A stretch of DNA of 64,000 bases from Carcharhinus longimanus (taxonomy: Eukaryota): contig JASCQW010000032.1 of assembly GCA_030264375.1 (NCBI GenBank), forward strand, positions 27,842,610 through 27,906,609, given 5' to 3'. Below are positions 11,870-24,870 of this stretch, piece after piece. Position numbers and translations under genes: made by a program. Each line of letters begins with the position of its first letter. The stretch's first letter is position 1. The notes beneath the pieces are model-generated. The model had not been told where the DNA came from and ran no database searches. It was given only the letters and a program-made list of their open reading frames with translations.

Positions 11870-13805
11870 TCCAGTGGAAAACAGGTTGAATGACAGGAAA
11901 CAAAGAGTAAGAATAAATGGGTCTTTTTCCAAATTGTAACGAGTGGCGTACTACAGGGATCAGTACTGGGGCTCCACATATTCACTATATATTAATGATT
12001 TAGATGAGGGAACTAAGTGTAATATCCCCATATTTGCAAATGACACAAGGCTGTTTGGGAGGGTAAGATGTGAGGAGGTTGTAGAGATGCTGCAGTGAGA
12101 TTTGGGCAAATGAATGGTAAATGCAGTAGACTTGGGATAAATGTGAATTTATGCACGACAGCAGCAAAAACAAGAAAGCAGATTACTACCTGGCTGTAAG
12201 TTAGGAGAGAGGAGTGTTTGATTCAATTTATTATTGTCACATGCACTAACATACAGTGAAAAGTATTGTTTCTTGCACGCTATACAGACAAAACATACTG
12301 TTCATAGAGAAGGAAACAAGAAAGTACAGAATGTAGTGTTACAGTCATAGCTAGGGTGTAGAGAAAGATCAACTTAATGCAAGGTAAGTCCATTCAANNN
12401 NNNNNNNNNNNNNNNNNNNNNNNNNNNNNNNNNNNNNNNNNNNNNNNNNNNNNNNNNNNNNNNNNNNNNNNNNNNNNNNNNNNNNNNNNNNNNNNNNTAG
12501 CTGACATGCCAAATTTCCTTTATCTTCTGAGAAAGTAGAGGCATTGCTGGGTTTCTTAACTGTAGTGTTGGTATGGGGGGACCAGGACAGGTTACTGGTA
12601 ATCTGGACGCCTAAAAACTTGAAGCTCTCGGCCCTTTCTACTTTGTCCCCATTGATGTAGACAAGGGCACGTTCTCCTTTATGCTTCCTGAAGCCGATAA
12701 CAACCTCTTTCATTTTGTTGACATTGAGGGAGAGATTATTGTTGCCACATCAGTTCACCAGATTCTCCATCTTATTCCTGTACTCTGTTTCGTTGTTATT
12801 TGAGATCCGACCCACTACGGTGGTGTCGTCCGCAAACTTGAATATCAAATTGGAGGGGAATTTGGCGACACAGTCATAGACGTATAAGGAATATAATAGG
12901 AGGCTGAGAACACAGCCTTGTGGGGCACTGGTGTTGAGGATGATTGTGGAGATGGTGTTGTTGCCTATCCTTACTGATTGTGGTCTGAGTTAGAAAATTC
13001 AGGATCCAGTCGCAGAGGGAGGAGCCATGGAGTTTGGAGGTGAGTTTCATGGGAATAATAGTGTTGATGGCTGAGCTGTAATACAAACAAAGAACAAAAA
13101 CAGCCTAGGAAACAGGCCCTTCGGCCCAACCAGTCACTGAAGGGTAAGCATGCAGGTGCGGCAAGCAATAAAAATGCTATGTTGGCCTTCATAACGGGAG
13201 CATTTGCGCACAGGAGCGGGGATGTCTTGAAACAATTATACAGAGCCTTGGTGAGGCCATACTTGGAATATTGTGTGCAGTTTTGGCTTCCTTATCTGAG
13301 GAAGGATGTTCTTTCTCTAGAGGGAGTGCAGAGAAGGTTTACCAGACTGATTCCTGGCAGGATTAACGTATGAGGAGAGATTGAGTTGGGTAGGATTGTA
13401 TTCTTTGGAGTTCAGAAGACTGAAGAAGAACTCATAGGAGCCTATAAAATTCTAGCAGGACTAGACAGGGTAGATGCGAGAAGGATGTTCCTGATGGTGT
13501 CGGTATCCAGAATCAGTGATCACAATCTGAGACTACATGGTAGACTGTTTAGGAGGAGAAATTTCTTCATCCAGTGTGCAGTCAGCCTGTGAAATTCGTT
13601 ACCACAGAAAGCAATTGAAGCCAAAGCATTCAATGTTTCAAGAAGCAGTTCGATATAGCACTTGAGGTGAAGGAGATCAAAGGATATGCGGGAGGGGGGA
13701 AGGTCCAGGCTATTGGATTGGATGATCAGCTATGACCATAATAAATGTCAGAGCAGGCTCAAAGGGCCAAAAGGCCTCCTACTTCTATTTTCTATGTTTC
13801 TATGA
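11870..13805 (+). mobile_element. CR1 (HER1-like) LINE RT and 3' UTR, split by a Rex/Babar insertion
   Basis: GVLQGSVLG..YINDLDEG..FAND at 11940-12045; LYRALVRPYLEYCVQFWLPYLRKDVLSLEGVQRRFTRLIPG at 13179-13373; (ttctatgt)n tail. Confidence 0.85.
12218..13082 (-). mobile_element. Rex1/Babar-type LINE 3' part
   Basis: YSSAINTIIPMKLTSKL and KEVVIGFRK..INGDKVERAESFKFLGVQITSNLSWS motifs; (aaatc)-type tail; copies at 38808 and 40207. Confidence 0.75.
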
Positions 13806-14574
13806 ATCTACATTCCCCTCAAGTACCTTGGGTTTTGTAACAGAAAGGAGCATCACTTACAGAATATCACCTAGAGAGTATCACCTTTTGCTGTACGTTT
13901 ACTAGAGGTATAGTCTTGCAGCATGAGACTCAGATTGATTTGCAGCTAATATTCATGCCTACCACATTTCCCAAACATGTAAGGTATAAATTATGAAGCA
14001 CTGAACTTTCTGTACTCTCTTGAATAACTTGTCTATAAGTTATTCACCTCTAGGAAAAGCTGAGCTAGTCCTTTCATCATCATAGTGCTATCAGTGCACA
14101 TAATGCAATTATGTGAAGGGTAATTCATGGCTGGACACTCTTATGTTAATTGTGGATAAATGAGCCTCATGTGGCTTTCGGTAGAACTTTGTACAACCTG
14201 CTTGATATCGCAATTTCCCCACATTCACATTGACTCTAGTCGAAAAACGTAAGGGAAGTGTTGCCTTGAAGGATACTGATGTCCTTCTGAAAGATGGGTG
14301 GGCATCACGTGGTGATGCACTGACAAACTAGCACAACTTGTGGGAGGGCAGTCAGGGCTTGTGGTGTTCTCAGAGTAGGGGAGGGCAGACCGGTGCGGGG
14401 GTAAGGCAGGCGCATGAACTGCCCTGACTATGATGCTGCTGTCTGCTGGGTCCACTGCCCTGGGCACCCGCAGGACAATCGTGAACCACCAGTGACCAAC
14501 ACAAAACTGTAGACTCTGGAAATCTATGACAAAACCCATCCCTGGGTGGCCTCACCTGGCTCATGGATGAAAGG

Positions 14575-14622
14575 CCAAAATAAGGGACAGTCCCTGAAAA
14601 TCCAGGACAGTTAGTCATCCAA
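14575..14622 (-). mobile_element. hAT (Blackjack/MER94-like) terminal remnant
   Basis: Minus strand ggatgactaactgtcctggattttcagggactgtcccttatttt resembles the AGGGTGACCA..TGTCCCGG..GGGACTGTCCC terminus. Confidence 0.4.
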
Positions 14623-14754
14623 AATTTTGCAACACGTTTGAACAGAATTGTAAAAAAATGAGAAAGCAAAGTAAATATTTTCCATTTACTGCAAACTTCC
14701 AGAGAATGAAGAACATTCATGTTGACTTTGGAGTCATGGTCACTGGCCTCTAGT

Positions 14755-15276
14755 TAGAATCATAGAACCCTACAGTGCAGAAAGAGGCCCTTCGGCCCAT
14801 CGAGACTGCCCCGACCACAATCCCACCCAAGCCCTACCCCCATATCCCTACATATTTTACCCGCTAATCCCTCTAACCTAAGCATCCTAGTACACNNNNN
14901 NNNNNNNNNNNNNNNNNNNNNNNNNNNNNNNNNNNNNNNNNNNNNNNNNNNNNNNNNNNNNNNNNNNNNNNNNNNNNNNNNNNNNNNNNNNNNNNAATCC
15001 CACCCAGGCCCTACCCCCATATCCCTACATATTTTACCCGCTAATCCCTCTAACCTAAGCATCCTAGTACACGAAATGGAAATCTTAGCATGGCCAATCA
15101 ACCTAGTCCGCACGTCTTTGGACTGTGGGAGGAAACCAGAGCACCCGAAGGAAACTCACGCAGACACAAGGAGAATGTGCAAACTCCACACAGGCAGTGA
15201 CCCGAGCCGGGAATTGAACCCAGGACCCTGGAGCTGTGAAGCAGCGGTGCTAACCACTGTGCCTCCATGCCGCCCT
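14755..15276 (-). mobile_element. HE1-type V-SINE (gap with duplicated flanks)
   Basis: tagaatcatagaa tail; head gcagcggtgctaaccactgtgcc. Confidence 0.9.
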
Positions 15277-15539
15277 TTTTTATTTATAACTGTGCTGTAT
15301 GAAGTAACACTTCTCCGACTTACTGGGATTAATGCCCCAGGAGTCTGAAGGGAGGGTGTTGAGGGCCATGAGGTATATAAGGAACTTGGTTGCTCAGTGC
15401 AAGTATGCTATTGGAAATGACAGAAGAAGGCATTGCTGTTGACCTTGGAAAAACAAGAGAGAACCGATGAGACCATATTCAGGGGAAAGTCAGAAATGTG
15501 GGAGAATGCACTAGTGAATAAAAAATACATGCAAACGGT

Positions 15540-15888
15540 ATAGGATGGCACAGTGATTCGCACTGTTGCCTCACAGCACCAGGGACCCAGCTTCAATTGG
15601 ATGACTTTCTGTGTGGTGTTTGCATGTTCTCTCCATGTCTGCGTGTGTTTACTCTGGGTGCTCTGGTTTCCTCCCACAGTCCAAAGATGTGCGGGTTAGG
15701 TGTATTGGTCATGCTAAATTGCCCTTTAGTGTTCCAAGATGTTTGGTTAGAAGGATTAGTACAGTAAATACGAAGACGGAGGGGTGGGAGTCGGTCTGGG
15801 TAAAGTGGTTTGTCGGAGGGATGGTCGGTGCAGACTTGATGGGCTGAATGGCTGCCTTCTGAATTGTGGGGCTTCTATGATACTATGA
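15540..15888 (+). mobile_element. HE1-type V-SINE
   Basis: Head, V-domain and tail cttctatgatactatga. Confidence 0.85.
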
Positions 15889-15984
15889 ATAGTCAGTGTA
15901 TTTTAGTTGCTAGTATTGAGACAATGAACAGTATGCTGACAATAATCCTTACATAGGTCAATATAGCTCTAGCGTAGTTAGAGT

Positions 15985-17690
15985 CTCACACTCTCGGTGG
16001 TCACCATACAGACTCATGTCTGCAGTAGGAGGGGGCAGGGTCAGCTGAGCTCATTGACACTCGGAGGAATGTTGGGAAAGACACATCCGCGAGGTCAGAG
16101 TCCGATGATGGGCCTCTGGAATCTGATTTCCAACTGATAATGGAGAGTCCGAGAGAGGCAGGGCAACATCAAACCAAGGTGTTGGAAACCCTCAACAGAG
16201 AGGCACCTGAGGTGAAGGAGTCCATCGGCCTGCTGGTGTCAACCTGTGCACACAGCGAAGTCTCCATGGTAAGGTTGGCAGGTTCCATGGAGATTTGAGT
16301 CTGGAAGTTTCTGCCAGTGGTAGACCTATACTCCACCAGGGGTGAGCTTTCGCTGTGGCTATGTAAGAGGGGGATGGGAGCCTTGATTCCCTTCAGTTGC
16401 CCCTTTCCAACAAGGAGGTAGTCTGGGGTCTTCAGGCACTTGAGGGGAAGAGGTACAACATCTGGACATCCCTGGGATATTCACCCAGGAATCTCAAAAG
16501 TTGGTCAGCTCCTTTCCAAATTCCATCTGCCTTTGATCCCTTTTGACCTCGTCCTTTGTCACCACAGAGGGAGCAGCTGGCCCACAGCAGGACGGTCAAG
16601 GAAGCCGGGCCTTCCAGGCCTCAGATCTCCAGAGAACGGCCACCAAAGTCATCCAAGGAAACAGGGAAAATTAGTCAGCAGGCTACCCTTGCTGTGAATG
16701 CTGGGGAGCAGCTGGAAGGAGGAATAGACCATGGAAAATCAAAAAATATTAAATCATAACTGGTCACAGGGGTGAACAATTGATTGTCACAATTATTGAA
16801 CTTTTGTAAATATAATCATTTTCACTTCAATAATGTTTACTATTTTGTTTCAGCATGGTTCTTAAGGTTTACCAAATACCCCCTCCTCCTATTTACCCTA
16901 CCTGCAGACACCCGACCCCTCCAGGAGGCATCTTCAGGGAGTCAAGGCTATGTTCCAGGGCTGTTAGAAACCGTGTGCAAACACACTTCTGCACACACAG
17001 GTTCTTTATCCATCAAAGCCCAGGTTGCTAACGTTGTCAATACGATTTATTCTGGGCTTCTCTGTCAATATCCAGTTGAACTGATCTGCATTGCCACCCA
17101 GCCACTGCTGCAACTCCCATGCAGCATCTCAATCACCCCCATGAGCTCTGGATCATTTTGTCCAGACCAGCAATGGTGGTAATCTGTGTCCCCTCCCTTA
17201 GTCACCCATGCCTTTTCCCCCCATTACCACTGACCCCTCTGGCATTACGATTAGCCTCCTTACTGGTACCATTCAACCCTCTCCTTTCTCCCTTCACAAT
17301 GTCCAAACTGATGTCTATGTGCCCTTCTCTCTTGAAAATCCAGGACCTGTAACCAATAAGCTATCCACCTTCCTCCTGCCCAACCCCCATGTCTGTGTGT
17401 ATCTCTACCAATGACTCTTAGGGTCTCATCATGTGACACCGTCACACTCTCAGCATCACAGCTTACTGGCTCCCTCAGACCCCACAACCCTCTCAATTTC
17501 CTCATACCCTTATTCTCAATTTACACCATGGGATTCAATAATTGATTCCACCAAGCCTGGCCTGAGAGTCTCTTCATGCCTGTACATCCACCCCACCCCC
17601 CCCATACCCCTTCACACTTGCACACCTCTCCATGCCCCTTCACACTTGCACACCCCTCCATGCCCCTTCACACTTGCGCACCCCTCCATG
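15985..17690. mobile_element. Second copy of the GC-rich repeat at 190-2842
   Basis: Collinear similarity from tcagagtccgatgatgggcctctg to ttttgtttcagc; extent beyond 16860 is inferred from composition. Confidence 0.5.
17607..17690. repeat. Tandem repeat, 28-bp unit x3
   Basis: ccccttcacacttgcacacc(t/c)ctccatg three times. Confidence 0.9.
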
Positions 17691-17829
17691 CTCTTTGACT
17701 AACAGCCACATGATTGGCAAGTACAGTTGGAACAGAGTGTTCACTACTTCTCAAAGTGACTTCCGCTAAAATGACCTACACACTTTTTTTTTATATTGTC
17801 CTGAAGTCCTCCACCTTGTATGATATTGG

Positions 17830-20800
17830 GCCTGTTCTGTCCACCACAAACCTGGGCCCCAAATCAATCCATTTCAAAACTTATGACAAGCACTGGATCA
17901 TCTACTTCCAATGCCCTCTCACCATTTGATGAATCATGATTCTTCTTCTGAACACTTTGCCTTGACTTCACTCTCCCCACCAAATTTGGAAACACCATGT
18001 CCAACCTGGCTCTTAACTGCCAACCCATCATTAACTCAGCAGGGGTTACTCCAGTGGTCATATGTGGAAATGGTTCTGTAAGTAATGAGGAAACATGTCA
18101 TTTTTGTCTCTGGGAATGCTAGTGGTTGTGTTTTTATGGCTGCTTCAAAGCTCTGTTCAGTACATTCAGCAAGTCCACTCGAGGAGGTGGTGGTAAGGTG
18201 TGGTAAGTATGTGTTTAATCCAATTTGATGAGATGAAGTATTAGTGTTTTTTGAAGAGGTAACCAAGAAGGTAGATGAGAGCAGTGCAGTTGATGTTGTC
18301 TACATGGACTTTAACAAGGCCTTTGACAAGGTACCGCATGGTAGGTTGTTGCATAAGGTTAAATCTCATGGGATCCAGGATGAGGTAGCCAATTGGATGC
18401 AAAATTGGCTTGATGCTAGAAGCCGGGGTTGTAGAGGGTTGTTTTTCAAACTGGAAGCCTGTGACCAGTGATGTGCCTCAGGGATCAGTGCTGGGCCCAC
18501 TGTTATTTATCATTTATATTAATGATTTGGATGAGAATATAGGGGGTATGGTTAGTAAGTTTGCAGATGACGCCAAGATTGGTGGCATAGTGGACAGTGA
18601 AGAAGGTTATGTAGGATTGCAAAGAAATCAATTGGACCAGTGGGCTGACGAATAGCAGATGGAATTTAATTTAGACAAATATATAGAACGTTAGTTAAGC
18701 CACATTTGCAATGCTGCATCCAGTTCTGGTCGCCACACTACCAGAAGGATGTAGAGGCTTTGGAGAGAGTACAGAAAAGGTTTACCATTGAGATTGGGTA
18801 AACTGGGGTTGTTCTCCCTGGAAAGACGGGGGCTGAGCAGTGACCTAATAGAAGTTTATAAGATTATGAAGGGTATAGATAGGATGTACAGTCGGAAGCT
18901 TTTTCCCAGGTCGGAAATGAGAAACATAAGGGGTCACAAGTTCAAGGTAAGGGGGGGCAAGGTTCAATACAGATATGCAGGGGACGTACTTTACACAGAG
19001 GGTGCTGGGGGCCTGGAATGCACTGCCAAGCAAGGTGGTAGAGGCGGACACGCTGGGATTGTTTAAGACTTATCTAGATAGTCACATGAACAGACTGGGA
19101 ATAGAGGGACACAAACGGATGGTCTAGTTAGGAACACATGATCGGTGCAGGCTTGGAGGGCCGAAGGGCCTGTCCTGAGCTGTATTGTTCTTTTTGTTCT
19201 TTGTCATAAGTCATTTATAGGCCATCTGGGCACATCAATCCATTTGGAATGGGCATCAATCAGGATTAAGAACATGGAACCCAATATTGGCTCTGTGAAG
19301 TCTCAGTGTACTTGCACGCAGGATCTCCCCAGCCATTCCCAGGGGTGCAACAAGGCTGCTGGTGGGATCTGCCGATTTCCTTGGCAGGTTTTGCACTGCT
19401 TGATCAGGGTTTCAGTGTCCTCACCTATACTAGGCCACTAGATACTTGCAAGCATTTTCATTTTAGAAATCTCTGGCTGGCCATTCTGTAATTCATAGAG
19501 TTTTCATAGTGTCGTATTTCCTGGATAACACCTCAAGCTCCAGTTGGAGGCAGGTGTTGCTCATATCCAATTTGGAAAATATGTAGCTCCCAGTCAGTTT
19601 TACATACAAGTCTGCTATGTATGGCATAAGGTATGTGTATAAGTGGGAGGCTCTGCTGACCATCGATTTATAAAACACACAGTGATGGGCTGAGTTGACA
19701 GGTTTGGCATGGCCCAGTTAGCAAATTGCACTGGGTGAATAATGCCAAGTTCCTCGAGACATTCCAGTCTGGCCTCTACTTTGGCACATAGGACAGAGGG
19801 GATAGGTGATGCCTTGAAATATTTAGGTTGGGCCTCCGAGTCCATGTAGATCTTGGCATTGGCACCTTTAATCTGATTGAGGCCTTCTTGGAACACTTTG
19901 CGATACTTCCCAATAGGTTGCCAGTGCCCATTTTAAATGTCTGTTACCATCACAGGTGGATTTTCTGTAGCCAATCCCTTACCAAGACACTGGGCCCTGG
20001 TCTTTGCACCACTAATAAGGGGAATTGGACTGTCTGTTGTCCGTGTGTAACTGTGATTCCAGTGCTAATGCTTAATGGCTTCCCAGTGTACATGGCCAAT
20101 CCAACCTTGGTATCTTGCAGGCTCAAAGGCAAAATGCCCAATCAGAGTTGCCTGAAGGTGTGCTTCTCAATGATAGGTACAGCAGGTCCTGAGTTTATCT
20201 CCATGTCCAGGATATGGCCATTTACCTGGAGCTGAATCTGGATTGGAGCCACTTCAGAGCTGTGATACAATTTAGTTCCATCAGATTCTTATCCTCGGGC
20301 TGATTTATTTACAAAGCTCTGCACTGAGATGGCTTCACACTTCAGCCATGGCGACACATGTTTAACCTGTTTTGGTAGCTTTGGCTGGGGTGCTCCCTAT
20401 GACTGTAAGTGCAGCTTGGATGTACTTTCTCCTCGCTGCACTGTGGAGAAACCTCCTGTCTAGTTCTGGAATCTTGCGACTCCTCATCCAATCTCCCTTC
20501 CTTAACAACAAATGGCAGAGGTGAGTATTATCTGGTGAGGATGTGGTCCTGAATATGGGGGGTCACCCAAGGCTGAGGACGGGACTGTCTGTGGACCCCT
20601 GAAGCTGCTGCACCATTTCTCCACGTTTTCACAAGAAAGAGCCAATTCTATGCCTTAAGTGCTTCTTTTGGGTCACAATATTATTTATTCCACATACCAA
20701 GTGGTTCCTTAACATTCTGGAAGTGCTGGCCCACACTCAGTGTTCTGCTTATTTCTGCAGTTTCGTTAAGAATTCCAGAGCTGGTTCCCCAGAGAGTCTA

Positions 20801-20966
20801 TTGCTGTTTTAAGCTGTAGTGTTGTAATTTAACAGATAGTTTGGGTTGTAGTGGTTCATTACCAAATCTAACAATTCATCAAAGGGTTTTGAATCCAGAG
20901 CTATCAAGTAGCATAAACTTTTTATGATGCTGAAAGCTGGGGCCCCACACACGGTCAAGGGGGTGA
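17830..20966 (-). mobile_element. Gypsy LTR retrotransposon internal remnant (gag-protease-RT 5' part, RNase H deleted, integrase)
   Basis: LTVCGAPAFSIIKSL..KPFDELLDLVMNHYNP (Gag); LLVVQRPGPSVLVRDWLQKI (protease end); LEELGIIHPVQFANWAMP and FSKLDMSN (RT); TTGVTPAELMMGWQLRARLD (integrase). Confidence 0.85.
18245..19205 (+). mobile_element. CR1 LINE nested in the Gypsy integrase
   Basis: FEEVTKKVDESSAVDVVYMDFNKAFDKVPH, VPQGSVLGPLLFIIYINDLD..SKFADD; tail gttctttgt. Confidence 0.9.
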
Positions 20967-21063
20967 CATTCTGCCGGTTGCAGAGATGGGCCGCGAGGTG
21001 GCGGATGGAGTTTAATGCGGAGAAGTGTGAGGTAATCCATTTCGGTAGGAATAACAGATGTGT
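20967..21063 (+). mobile_element. CR1 fragment
   Basis: RLQRWAARWRMEFNAEKCEVIHFGRNN. Confidence 0.8.
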
Positions 21064-21164
21064 NNNNNNNNNNNNNNNNNNNNNNNNNNNNNNNNNNNNN
21101 NNNNNNNNNNNNNNNNNNNNNNNNNNNNNNNNNNNNNNNNNNNNNNNNNNNNNNNNNNNNNNNG

Positions 21165-23211
21165 CCAATTAATTTATAATATTTCCCTAGTAAGTTGAGA
21201 GAACATAGTTCCTTTCTCTCAAAATTCTGTAACACACACTGCAAACTCTCTCCTTCTTACCCTTATTAATGGGGGCTGCAGGCCATCAGTCTTGCTGATC
21301 TCAGAGGTTCCTTAGTTCCTCCAATTCTGCTGTGGACACAGATCGGAGTGGGTGTCTGCCATGTTTGTCCCAACATATTGCTTCCGTGTGACCATTTTAT
21401 TTCAATAATTACAACATCCAAATTTCTGTTTCCAAATTTAATTCCTTTCCATGGGACCTGGCATTCCTTTGCAAAGTGCCCTTGTTGGCAACAATTATGG
21501 TGGGTCAGTTTGGACTTAGTTCAGTCCCCCTGCTATCATAGGCACCTACTCTCTCCTGTTTTATTGTCTCGTAAGGGGGCAAAGGGAAAGTTTCCCCTCC
21601 CCATTGATTCTGTCCTAATAATTGATTCCTCTTTTCTAATTCCCTTACGTTAGATTCTAATTTCTTAATTTTGTCCTTGTCTTCGTTCCACTTTTTAGTG
21701 GAAGCGGCTACTTGTCCAATTAGTCCAGCTAATTGATGTACTAATAATACCCCCGCCTTTTTTTGTTTTGTCTTTCTTTTCGCCTTCTACCCACTTTCTC
21801 CGTTGTTCTAAGGTCTGAGAAACATCCCAGCTATCCTTTTGCATCATCTTAATCGACAAGTGTCTGACTGTCAAACATTTATCAATAAGGGAATCTTCAG
21901 ATTCCTACTTAATTTCTTTACCTGCCATCTTGCAGGCTTCTACGCCTCTTCATTGGAGTTTCTGTTTATATTCATGGCCACGATTACCTTCTTAGCAACG
22001 TGTTTTCTCCTCTGGAGTCTGGCTCTAGGTCAGGGCGATCCGCTCCTTACCGCACCGTTTTACAACTTAATTGACACTAACAAAATTACACAGCTTTATG
22101 CAAGCAGATGGCAAACTCTGTGTTTGCTTGCCACAGTAAGAAGTCTCACAACGCCAGGTTAAAATCCAACAGGTTTATCTGATAGCAAAAGCCACTAGCT
22201 TTCAGAGCGCTACTCTTCCATCAGGTGAGTGGGAGTTCTGATCACAAACAGGGCATATAAAGGCACAAACTCAATTTACATAAATATGATGGGAATGCAA
22301 GTCTTTACAGCTAATCAAGTCTTAAAGGTGCTGACAATGTGAAGGGAGAGAATTTTTACCTCAGGTTTTGTTCGCCACTACTGAGTTTGATAATAAGAGA
22401 CCTCTACGGCTTGTGTTTCATGATCCTAAGTACTTTGGTGCCTCTATGCCCACTTCAGGGTCATGACCTTCGCATGGGGGATTTCCCCTCTTAACTGGTC
22501 TAAGGCTGCATGTTTGAGACAGGCACTTCCTTGTCCTTATGACAAGCAGTCAATTCCTGTTCCTAGCTGACAATCCTGTAAATTCCCCTTAATTTTAACC
22601 CTTTTGACTGCACTGTTGACTCAGTCTGACTCCCACAGTTCAATGATCTCTACTCCAGTTCACCGATCGAGTCCAACCGATCGACTACTGATAGTGAGAT
22701 CCTGTTCGTGACACCAATTTGTTGTGGGAAATCACCACTCAGAGTCAGACTTAAAGACTCAACATGCAGTTTATTGGACAAAGCTTTGGGAGAAGCGCTG
22801 GACATTCCACAGTCACCTTCTCAATTTGGAGCGGCGGCTAACCGTTTTTTTATACACTTTAATCATACAGACTTCAGCAGTTATTATGTCAGCAGCTTTG
22901 GACGGTTACATGTATTAACCAATTGGGCTCCCCTAGCAACAACTTGCTTCCAATCACATTCCTTCGAAAACAACCATTAGCAAAAACCCACAACTCCTTG
23001 TTCCGGTTCCGCTTCATCTTAAGCTAAGTGTACCATCTGGACCTCGCGATCCGATTAATTTAGTCTGTTCCACATTTCATACAAAACTAAGACGTAGTTC
23101 AAGGTTAGTTTGTTGTTGAGTCAGCAACAGAATGATCTCTGTTAACCACAGAGCCCAGTAGTCACACGCACATTGGTTTCCAAAGGTCACAGTCTTAATT
23201 TTACTCCAACA
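21165..23211 (-). mobile_element. Retrovirus-like LTR element: 5' LTR (22720-23211), PBS (22699-22716), leader and internally deleted gag
   Basis: TGTTG..CAACA termini; minus-strand TATA and AATAAA; PBS TGGTGTCACGAACAGGAT; ATG at 21928 (aagATGG); knuckles HNCCQQGHFAKEC and CNY*..GHTEAICW. Confidence 0.75.
22135..22350 (-). mobile_element. Penelope-like element terminus inserted in the LTR-element leader
   Basis: aagaagtctcacaacgccaggttaaaatccaacagg; minus-strand hammerhead-like CTGATGGA-AGAG-tagcg-CTCT-GAAA. Confidence 0.65.
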
Positions 23212-23618
23212 CTCTGGAGCGCAGGAGGGCTGAGGAGTGATCTTATAGAGGTCTATAAAATAATGAGGGGCATAGATCAGCTAGATAGTCAATATTTTTT
23301 TCTAAAGGCAGGAGAGTCTAAAACTGGAGGGCATAAGTTTAACGTGAGAGAGGAAAGATACAAAAGTGTCCAGATGGGCAAGTTTTTCATACAGAGGGTG
23401 GTGAGTGTCTGGAACAAACTGCCAGAGGTAGTAGTAGAGACAGGTACAACTTTGTCTTTTAAAAAACATTTAAACAGTTACATGGGTAAGATGGGTATAG
23501 AGGAATATGGGCCAAATGTAGCAATTGGGACTAGCTTAGGGGTTTAAAAAAAAGGACGGCATGGACAAGTTGGGTTGCAGGGCCTGTTTCCATGCTCTAA
23601 ACCTCTCTGACTCTATGA
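23212..23618 (+). mobile_element. CR1 LINE 3' end
   Basis: LRSDLIEVYKIMRGID..FFIQRVVSVWNKLPE; tail ctctctgactctatga. Confidence 0.9.
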
Positions 23619-24870
23619 ACTCAGAATTGTTGTCCCATTGCCTGAAACTAACACCTCTGGCAAACCAAGGAAGGCAAAGCAGTGATGTAGCTTCTTCACT
23701 GTGGCATAGGCAGTTGTGGACTTCATCACATAAATGTCTATCCACTCTCAATGCACACTGACCAATAGCAGGAACGTTGTACCCGTAAATGGGCCTGTTG
23801 TATTGCCGATCTGGCCATTCAGAAGATGCACTGGGGCTGCAGTTGGTAAGTTCTGTTTGCAGCTGGCATTGGAAGAGCAGTTTTACCATTCCTTCAATAT
23901 CTGTATCTATCCTGGGCCACCAAACATAACTACAAGCCTACATCTTTGTCTCTGAGATTCCTGGGTGGCTGCTGTGCAACACATTAAATAACACCTTGCT
24001 TCCAGGTACTGGGACAACAACTCTCACTCCCCAGAGGAGGACACTGTCCTTGCAGTTACATTCATCCTTCCTTGTTTGGTAAAGCTTCAACTGTTCTGAT
24101 GTCCTGTCATGTGCCAACTATTTAGAATCATATGCTCGACTTTAGACAATATCTGATCTCTCTGGGTCCAGTACTCTTTCTGTTGTGCAATGCAGGTAAT
24201 GTATCAAGAATGTTTAAGGCTAAGCTGATTTCCTGAGGCACCGGAGGTAGCATTTTTTTGGTAATTAAAGATTGTGTTGGCAATTTATACACTTGCTCAG
24301 TATTTGAGAGTGCAATCATAAGCAGCCAACAGCAAAGCTCAATGCTGTATCATCCCAGACACAATTGAGGGGATTGCCTTGTCTTCCTTAAAAGCCCAAG
24401 TAAAGATTTATGATCACTGATGAGGGTGAAATGTCTCCTGTAAATGTACAGGTGGAATTTACTGATACTAAAAATGAAGGCTAGCCCTTCCTCCTCGATT
24501 TGTGAATATTCCTTTTCTGCATCAGTCAGGGTCCTTGAAACATAGCCAATGGCTCTTTCTGTCCAATCATTCATTATATGTGGCAAAATAGCACCAACAC
24601 CATATGGAGACATATTGCATATGAATATTATTTCTTTTTAGAAGGATCAAAATGGGCTGGCAAACACATTGAGGGCTTATTTCTCTTGCTTGAATATTTC
24701 CTTCTGTGGTGTTTGCCAATACCATTACTAGTGCTTTTTTTTTAATAGTGTATGTAGTGGTGCCAGCATTGTTGATAAGTTAGGAATGACCACCCCTAGT
24801 AATTTACCACTCTAAAAAAAAGATTTTAGTTCTGGTATATTCTTGGGGCAGGTCCTTCTTTAATTGTAGA
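23619..24870 (-). mobile_element. Second Gypsy remnant (RT end, RNase H, integrase)
   Basis: SPYGVGAIL..ERAIGYVSRTLTDAEKEYSQIEEEGLA..HFTLISDHKSL (RNase H); WPGIDTDIE and integrase core motifs. Confidence 0.85.
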
